NCBI GenBank assembly: GCA_046050125.1
Contig: JBJOQB010000169.1
Location: forward strand, 1-22,422
From: Pseudomonadota bacterium
Lineage (GTDB): Bacteria > Pseudomonadota > Gammaproteobacteria > Burkholderiales > Burkholderiaceae
Length of the DNA stretch: 22,422 nt
Direction of reading: 5' to 3'
Shown piece after piece: positions 18,325-22,422 of this stretch. The notes beneath the pieces were generated by a model. It saw only the letters and a list, made by a program, of their open reading frames with translations. It was not told where the DNA came from and did no database searches. Within the stretch, counting starts at the first letter, position 1. Each line of letters begins with the position of its first letter. The translations under genes were made by a program, and so were the position numbers.

Positions 18325-20385
18325 ATGAAAAAAATTGCAAAGCCAATAATGTGGGTTTGTTTTTGTTTACTATTTACCTGTGCTTTAGCTAGTATTGCAT
18401 TATCGAAAGGCGAATCAATTAATGCATTATGGCTAGTAGTTGTAGCAGTATCTGTTCATTTAATTGGCTATAGATACTATAGTAAATTTATTGCAACTAA
18501 AGTACTTAATTTAGATGCGTCAAGAAAAACTCCAGCAGTTTTATATAATGATGGGCTAGATTATGTTCCAACAAATAAAAATGTTTTATTTGGTCATCAT
18601 TTTGCAGCAATTGCTGGTGCAGGCCCTTTAGTGGGTCCTGTACTTGCAGCACAAATGGGTTATTTACCTGGAATGATTTGGATATTAGCAGGTGTTTTAC
18701 TTGCGGGTGCTGTACAAGATTTTATGATGTTAGTCATTTCAAGTAGGCATGATGGACGTTCATTAGGCGATTTGATTAAATCCGAGATTGGCAAAACAGC
18801 AGGAATAATTGCATTATTTGGCACATTAATGATAATGATAATTTTATTAGCTGTTTTAGCTTTAATTGTAGTCAAAGCTTTAGCTGAAAGTCCGTGGGGC
18901 ACTTTTACTGTGGCAGCTACTATACCAATTGCAATATTTATGGGTATTTATGCTAGATATATACGTCCTGCACGTATTTTTGAGGTATCTATAATTGGTT
19001 TTATTTTATTAATTGCTGCAATTTTCGCAGGGGAATATGTTGCTCATAATGATAGTTTAAGTCATATGTTTACATTTACACCTGTGCAATTAACTTGGTT
19101 ATTAATTGGATATGGATTTGTTGCTGCTGTAATGCCTGTATGGTTAATTTTAGCACCAAGAGATTACTTATCTACCTTCTTAAAAATAGGTGTAATTGTT
19201 GGTTTAGCTTTGGGAATTTTAATTTCTGCACCACATATACAAATGCCTGCAATTACTAAATTTATTGATGGTACAGGTCCTGTATGGTCAGGTAATCTAT
19301 TTCCATTTTTATTTATTACTATTGCTTGTGGAGCTGTGTCTGGTTTTCATGCATTAATTTCATCAGGTACTACGCCAAAGCTTCTTGAAAATGAAACTCA
19401 TGCTAGATTTATTGGCTATGGTGCAATGTTAATGGAATCATTTGTAGCGATTATGGCATTAGTTGCTGCAGCATGCATTGACCCTGCCGTTTACTTCACA
19501 ATGAATAGTCCTGCTGCAGTAATTGGTAAAACAGCAGAATCAGCTGCTACAACTATATCAAGTTGGGGATTTTTAATCACACCAGATATGATAAATCAAA
19601 CAGCAGCAAGTGTTGGTGAAAAAACAATTATTTCTAGAGCGGGGGGAGCACCAACTTTAGCTGTAGGTATGGCACAAATTTTTGCCAGCATTTTTGGTGG
19701 TAAAGGCATGATGGCTTTTTGGTATCATTTTGCAATTTTATTTGAAGCATTATTCATTTTAACTGCTGTTGATGCTGGTACACGTGCTGGTAGATTTATG
19801 ATTCAAGATTTACTTGGTACATTTGTTCCAAAACTTAAAAAAACAGATTCATTAGTTGCTAATTTGATTGCAACTGGATTATGTGTTAGTGCTTGGGGTT
19901 ACTTTTTATATCAAGGTGTGGTTGACCCATTAGGTGGGATTAATAGCTTATGGCCTTTATTTGGTATATCAAACCAAATGTTAGCTGCTATTGCTTTAGG
20001 CTTAATTTCTGTAATGATATTTAAAATGGGTAAAGCTCGATATATTTGGGTATCTGTAGTACCAATGTGTTGGATATTAATTTGTACATTAACTGCAGCT
20101 TGGCAAAAGGTATTCCACGATAATCCTAAAATTGGATTTTTAGCTCATGCGGAAAAATACCGCTTATCTGCAATTGAAGGTAAAGTTTTAGCTCCTGCAA
20201 AAAATATTGAGCAAATGAATCAAATTGTAATTAATGATTATGTTAATGCTAGCTTAGCTATGTTTTTTATGTTTATTGTTATTAGTATTATTGGATTTGG
20301 TATTATTAAATGCTGGAATATTTATACTAAAAAACACCCAATACATTTAGAAAGCTTAGATATTGACACAGGCATAGCAAAATGA
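18325..20385 (+). CDS. cstA: Carbon starvation protein A family transporter (peptide/pyruvate uptake)
   Basis: CstA hallmark block DGLDYVPTNKNVLFGHHFAAIAGAGPLVGPVLAAQMGYLPG; multi-TM; 686 aa. A strong RBS, AAGGAGG, sits 6 nt upstream of the ATG. Confidence 0.9.
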   Translation: MKKIAKPIMWVCFCLLFTCALASIALSKGESINALWLVVVAVSVHLIGYRYYSKFIATKVLNLDASRKTPAVLYNDGLDYVPTNKNVLFGHHFAAIAGAGPLVGPVLAAQMGYLPGMIWILAGVLLAGAVQDFMMLVISSRHDGRSLGDLIKSEIGKTAGIIALFGTLMIMIILLAVLALIVVKALAESPWGTFTVAATIPIAIFMGIYARYIRPARIFEVSIIGFILLIAAIFAGEYVAHNDSLSHMFTFTPVQLTWLLIGYGFVAAVMPVWLILAPRDYLSTFLKIGVIVGLALGILISAPHIQMPAITKFIDGTGPVWSGNLFPFLFITIACGAVSGFHALISSGTTPKLLENETHARFIGYGAMLMESFVAIMALVAAACIDPAVYFTMNSPAAVIGKTAESAATTISSWGFLITPDMINQTAASVGEKTIISRAGGAPTLAVGMAQIFASIFGGKGMMAFWYHFAILFEALFILTAVDAGTRAGRFMIQDLLGTFVPKLKKTDSLVANLIATGLCVSAWGYFLYQGVVDPLGGINSLWPLFGISNQMLAAIALGLISVMIFKMGKARYIWVSVVPMCWILICTLTAAWQKVFHDNPKIGFLAHAEKYRLSAIEGKVLAPAKNIEQMNQIVINDYVNASLAMFFMFIVISIIGFGIIKCWNIYTKKHPIHLESLDIDTGIAK

Positions 20386-20581
20386 TAATTATTTGGCATA
20401 TTCGTTGTCCTAAAAATTGCTCCTAGCTGTACTATTTGTACTATCTTCGTCGCAATTTTAGCGTCCGCCTCTATGACAAGCAATTCTGATTTAGCTATAT
20501 ATCATCTAGCAAGTATAGTAATTAATATTTGATAGCCGGATTTATTTATAAATCTAGCTATATCTATAATAAAAGGAAAAT

Positions 20582-20791
20582 ATGTCAGAGCAAAACACCA
20601 ATAAAATTGGAACATATCTCGGTAAAGCTGTACAGTTAGCAAGGCTTATGGTTGGAATTCCTAATTATGATGCTTACTGTAAACATATGCAAGAAAATCA
20701 CTCTGAGAAACAAATGATGACATATGAAGAATTTTTTAAATATAGTCAAGTTTCAAGATTCGGTGGGAATGGTAAATTTAAGTGTTGCTGA
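20582..20791 (+). CDS. ybdD: YbdD/YjiX-family small protein (DUF466), the usual CstA partner
   Basis: 69 aa. Close match to E. coli YbdD: YLGKAVQLARLMVGIPNYDAY..HM..NH....MTYEEFF...RFGG.G...CC. RBS AAGGAAA. Confidence 0.85.
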   Translation: MSEQNTNKIGTYLGKAVQLARLMVGIPNYDAYCKHMQENHSEKQMMTYEEFFKYSQVSRFGGNGKFKCC

Positions 20792-20834
20792 TATTAATTT
20801 TACAAATTAATTGAAAGTACTCTGTTTTTTAATT

Positions 20835-20862
20835 AGCACTCATAAATTTATATATGAATGCT
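20835..20862. terminator. Possible bidirectional terminator hairpin between convergent ybdD and the SPFH-like gene
   Basis: 9-bp stem agcactcat / atgaatgct with one mismatch and a 10-nt loop, flanked by tctgtttttt upstream and aatttt downstream. Confidence 0.35.
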
Positions 20863-20907
20863 AATTTTGAATTATAAATAAATTTTATAACTAATTATAG
20901 TTAAAAA

Positions 20908-22350
20908 TTAAGCACCAATATGTAACTTCATTTTAGCATCAGCTGGAACAATTACACTTTTTGCACTAGCTAAAGCTTGTGTTTGTAAAGCAATTTTCTC
21001 AAGGCTTGTTTTATGTCCTAAGCGTTTACCTTCCATTTTAATTTTTGCTTGCTCAAGCTTGAATACATTATCAGCACCACCAACATGCTCACTGTGATTT
21101 TTAAGCTTAAGGGATTCTATACCTGCTTCAATTGTTGCAATTTGTGAATCTAGTTTTTTCATTTCTAGATCATGTCTTTTAGCTTCTAGTTCTAATTCTC
21201 TTTTTTTAGCACGAATTGCTTCTTCACTATCAAGTCCCGTAATTTCTAAATCTCTTTTATTTGTAATTCCTAATTTAGCTTGGTCATGCTCTCGCTGTGC
21301 TTTTGATTGTGTAAAAATTGCTTTTTTCTTTGCTAATTCCTCTTCTGCTTCTGCTGTTTGAGCATCAATATCTGCTTTTTGCTTTGCTCTAGTTTTTTGT
21401 ATATCAGCATCAGTTTTTGTTGATGCTTGTTTTGTTTCGGCATCTATTTTTGCCTGATTTTTTGCTTGTTCTGCAGTTTTATTTTGTGCATCAATTTGAG
21501 TACTATGTCTTAAAGCCTGCTCTTTCAGTTTAGCTTGATTATCAAATTCAGCAATTTGTTGTCTGGCTTTTGATTTCGCTTCAGCATTTGTAGCATCTTT
21601 TTTTGCATTCACTAAATCATGCTCTCTTTGAATTGCACTTTGAATACTTCTACCCACCTCAATTCCCTCAACAGATAATTGATTTAATTTAACTCCATAC
21701 TTAGAGAAAGGATTTTCTGGAGATTTTACAATATATGCTTTTATTTCATCAGCTAAAATATCTGATATACCTTGAGAGTTTGCATTTTGATTTATAAAAC
21801 TATCAATAAAGAAATTATTATTTTTATGACTAATTATATGTCTAATTGCACTTTGTACGCTGTCTTTTAGTAAGCTTTCAGGATCATCTGCTGCTTCATT
21901 AAAAAATTTCTTAGCATTTTCTGTTTTATCTGATTCGCTTTTCCCTTTATCTAATTGGAAAGTAAATTTAACATCTATAGTAATATCTTCTTTATTACTT
22001 GTTTTGCAGTTAAATGCTTGAATGTCATGTATATGCAAACCTAAATTTACTACTTTAGCAACTAATGTTGGTTTAACACCATGATAAGCATTTTGGAATG
22101 TTTTTGTTAGTCGTTTACCGCCAGATAAACTTGCAATAAATGGTTCTGAAGCACTATGTGTTGGGTAATATGTACCTGGTCCATATACAATCTCACTTTT
22201 TTTCAAAATAGGATTGCTTATCAAAGCACAATAAGTATTATCTGGTAATGTAAATGGTAGCACTGGATTGCTACTAGCTTGCTTTTTTACACCATATACA
22301 TATTCTTTTTGATAAAAAAATGGAATATCAGCATTTGAAATTGTTGGCAT
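20908..22350 (-). CDS. SPFH/band-7 (flotillin-like) protein without an N-terminal TM segment, carrying a long Ala/Gln/Lys/Glu-rich coiled-coil tail
   Basis: SPFH-like core (VYGPGTYY, LHIHDIQAFNCKTSNKEDITIDVKFTFQL, GVKLNQLSVEGIEVGRSIQSAIQREHD). About 200 aa of heptad-like AEQAKNQAKIDAETKQ repeats follow. RBS AAGGAA; ATG at 22350. Confidence 0.65.
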   Translation of the reverse strand: MPTISNADIPFFYQKEYVYGVKKQASSNPVLPFTLPDNTYCALISNPILKKSEIVYGPGTYYPTHSASEPFIASLSGGKRLTKTFQNAYHGVKPTLVAKVVNLGLHIHDIQAFNCKTSNKEDITIDVKFTFQLDKGKSESDKTENAKKFFNEAADDPESLLKDSVQSAIRHIISHKNNNFFIDSFINQNANSQGISDILADEIKAYIVKSPENPFSKYGVKLNQLSVEGIEVGRSIQSAIQREHDLVNAKKDATNAEAKSKARQQIAEFDNQAKLKEQALRHSTQIDAQNKTAEQAKNQAKIDAETKQASTKTDADIQKTRAKQKADIDAQTAEAEEELAKKKAIFTQSKAQREHDQAKLGITNKRDLEITGLDSEEAIRAKKRELELEAKRHDLEMKKLDSQIATIEAGIESLKLKNHSEHVGGADNVFKLEQAKIKMEGKRLGHKTSLEKIALQTQALASAKSVIVPADAKMKLHIGA

Positions 22351-22422
22351 ATAAAAATTCCTTAAAATATAGTTATTATTGTAAAATTATTGCCATACAT
22401 GCCAATAAATTTAATATTATTT

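Noticed and set aside
380-18902. Fourteen 60-170-aa ORFs from the six-frame track lying antisense inside larger genes: 380..619, 1283..1531, 2266..2472, 3613..3846, 4784..4996, 7165..7437, 8177..8407, 8973..9494, 10304..10648, 12433..12645, 15503..15688, 17003..17368, 17573..17884 and 18660..18902
   Set aside because: Each is fully embedded antisense in a well-conserved gene (ATPase, purF, recR, suhB, phoU, pstB, pstA, pstC, ppx, relA, protease, cstA). The products are low-complexity with no motifs, and none has an RBS. They are expected by-products of AT-rich codon usage.
1-22422. Search for CRISPR arrays, IS elements, integrases, tRNA genes or attachment-site direct repeats that would mark a genomic island around the protease/cstA/SPFH genes
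   Set aside because: I saw no regularly spaced direct repeats, no transposase or integrase-like ORFs, and no tRNA-like GC-rich 75-nt segments (no GGTTCGA-type T-loop). Composition looks uniform by eye. I could not run an exhaustive tRNA scan.

Overview
This 22.4-kb window is AT-rich (visually about 30% GC, not computed) and contains 18 protein-coding genes, including one partial gene at the left edge. No rRNA, tRNA, CRISPR array, transposase or integrase was recognised. The content looks like a low-GC gammaproteobacterial housekeeping region, possibly from an intracellular or Francisella/Legionellales-like lineage; this is a guess from base composition and gene content.

Left to right the genes are:
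- a partial minus-strand gene (2..76);
- an orphan GspE/PilB-family secretion/pilus ATPase with a truncated N-terminus (324..1712);
- a bidirectional terminator (1724..1752);
- recR then purF on the minus strand (3386..3982 and 1782..3260);
- suhB then galU on the plus strand (4176..5006 and 5016..5897);
- a minus-strand phosphate block, pstC-pstA-pstB-phoU, then a small RRM-type RNA-binding protein, then phoB (10608 down to 5999), with no pstS or phoR in the window;
- a MarC-family membrane protein (10736..11329);
- ppx/gppA followed by relA (11474..13027 and 13299..15737);
- a secreted lipoprotein metalloprotease on the minus strand, convergent with relA (15961..17820);
- cstA and its small partner ybdD/yjiX (18325..20385 and 20582..20791);
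- a predicted soluble SPFH/flotillin-like protein with a long coiled-coil tail on the minus strand (20908..22350).

Several ORF-track starts appear to over-extend: purF (a TTG upstream of the true Met-Cys start), the RRM gene, marC, the metalloprotease, and possibly galU, suhB and the ATPase.

I found no clear-cut defense island or mobile element. The items most worth a second look are:
- the Pi-uptake / polyphosphate / (p)ppGpp gene clustering;
- the RRM RNA-binding gene inserted between phoU and phoB, with a perfect hairpin and a duplicated 17-nt translation-initiation region;
- the lipoprotein metalloprotease with an HExxHxxGxxH motif, a lamin-tail-like domain and a poly-Gly/Ser/Thr linker;
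- the 470-bp T/G-rich cstA leader with repeated TGTGA motifs;
- the TM-less SPFH coiled-coil protein;
- Asn-rich insertions in RelA.
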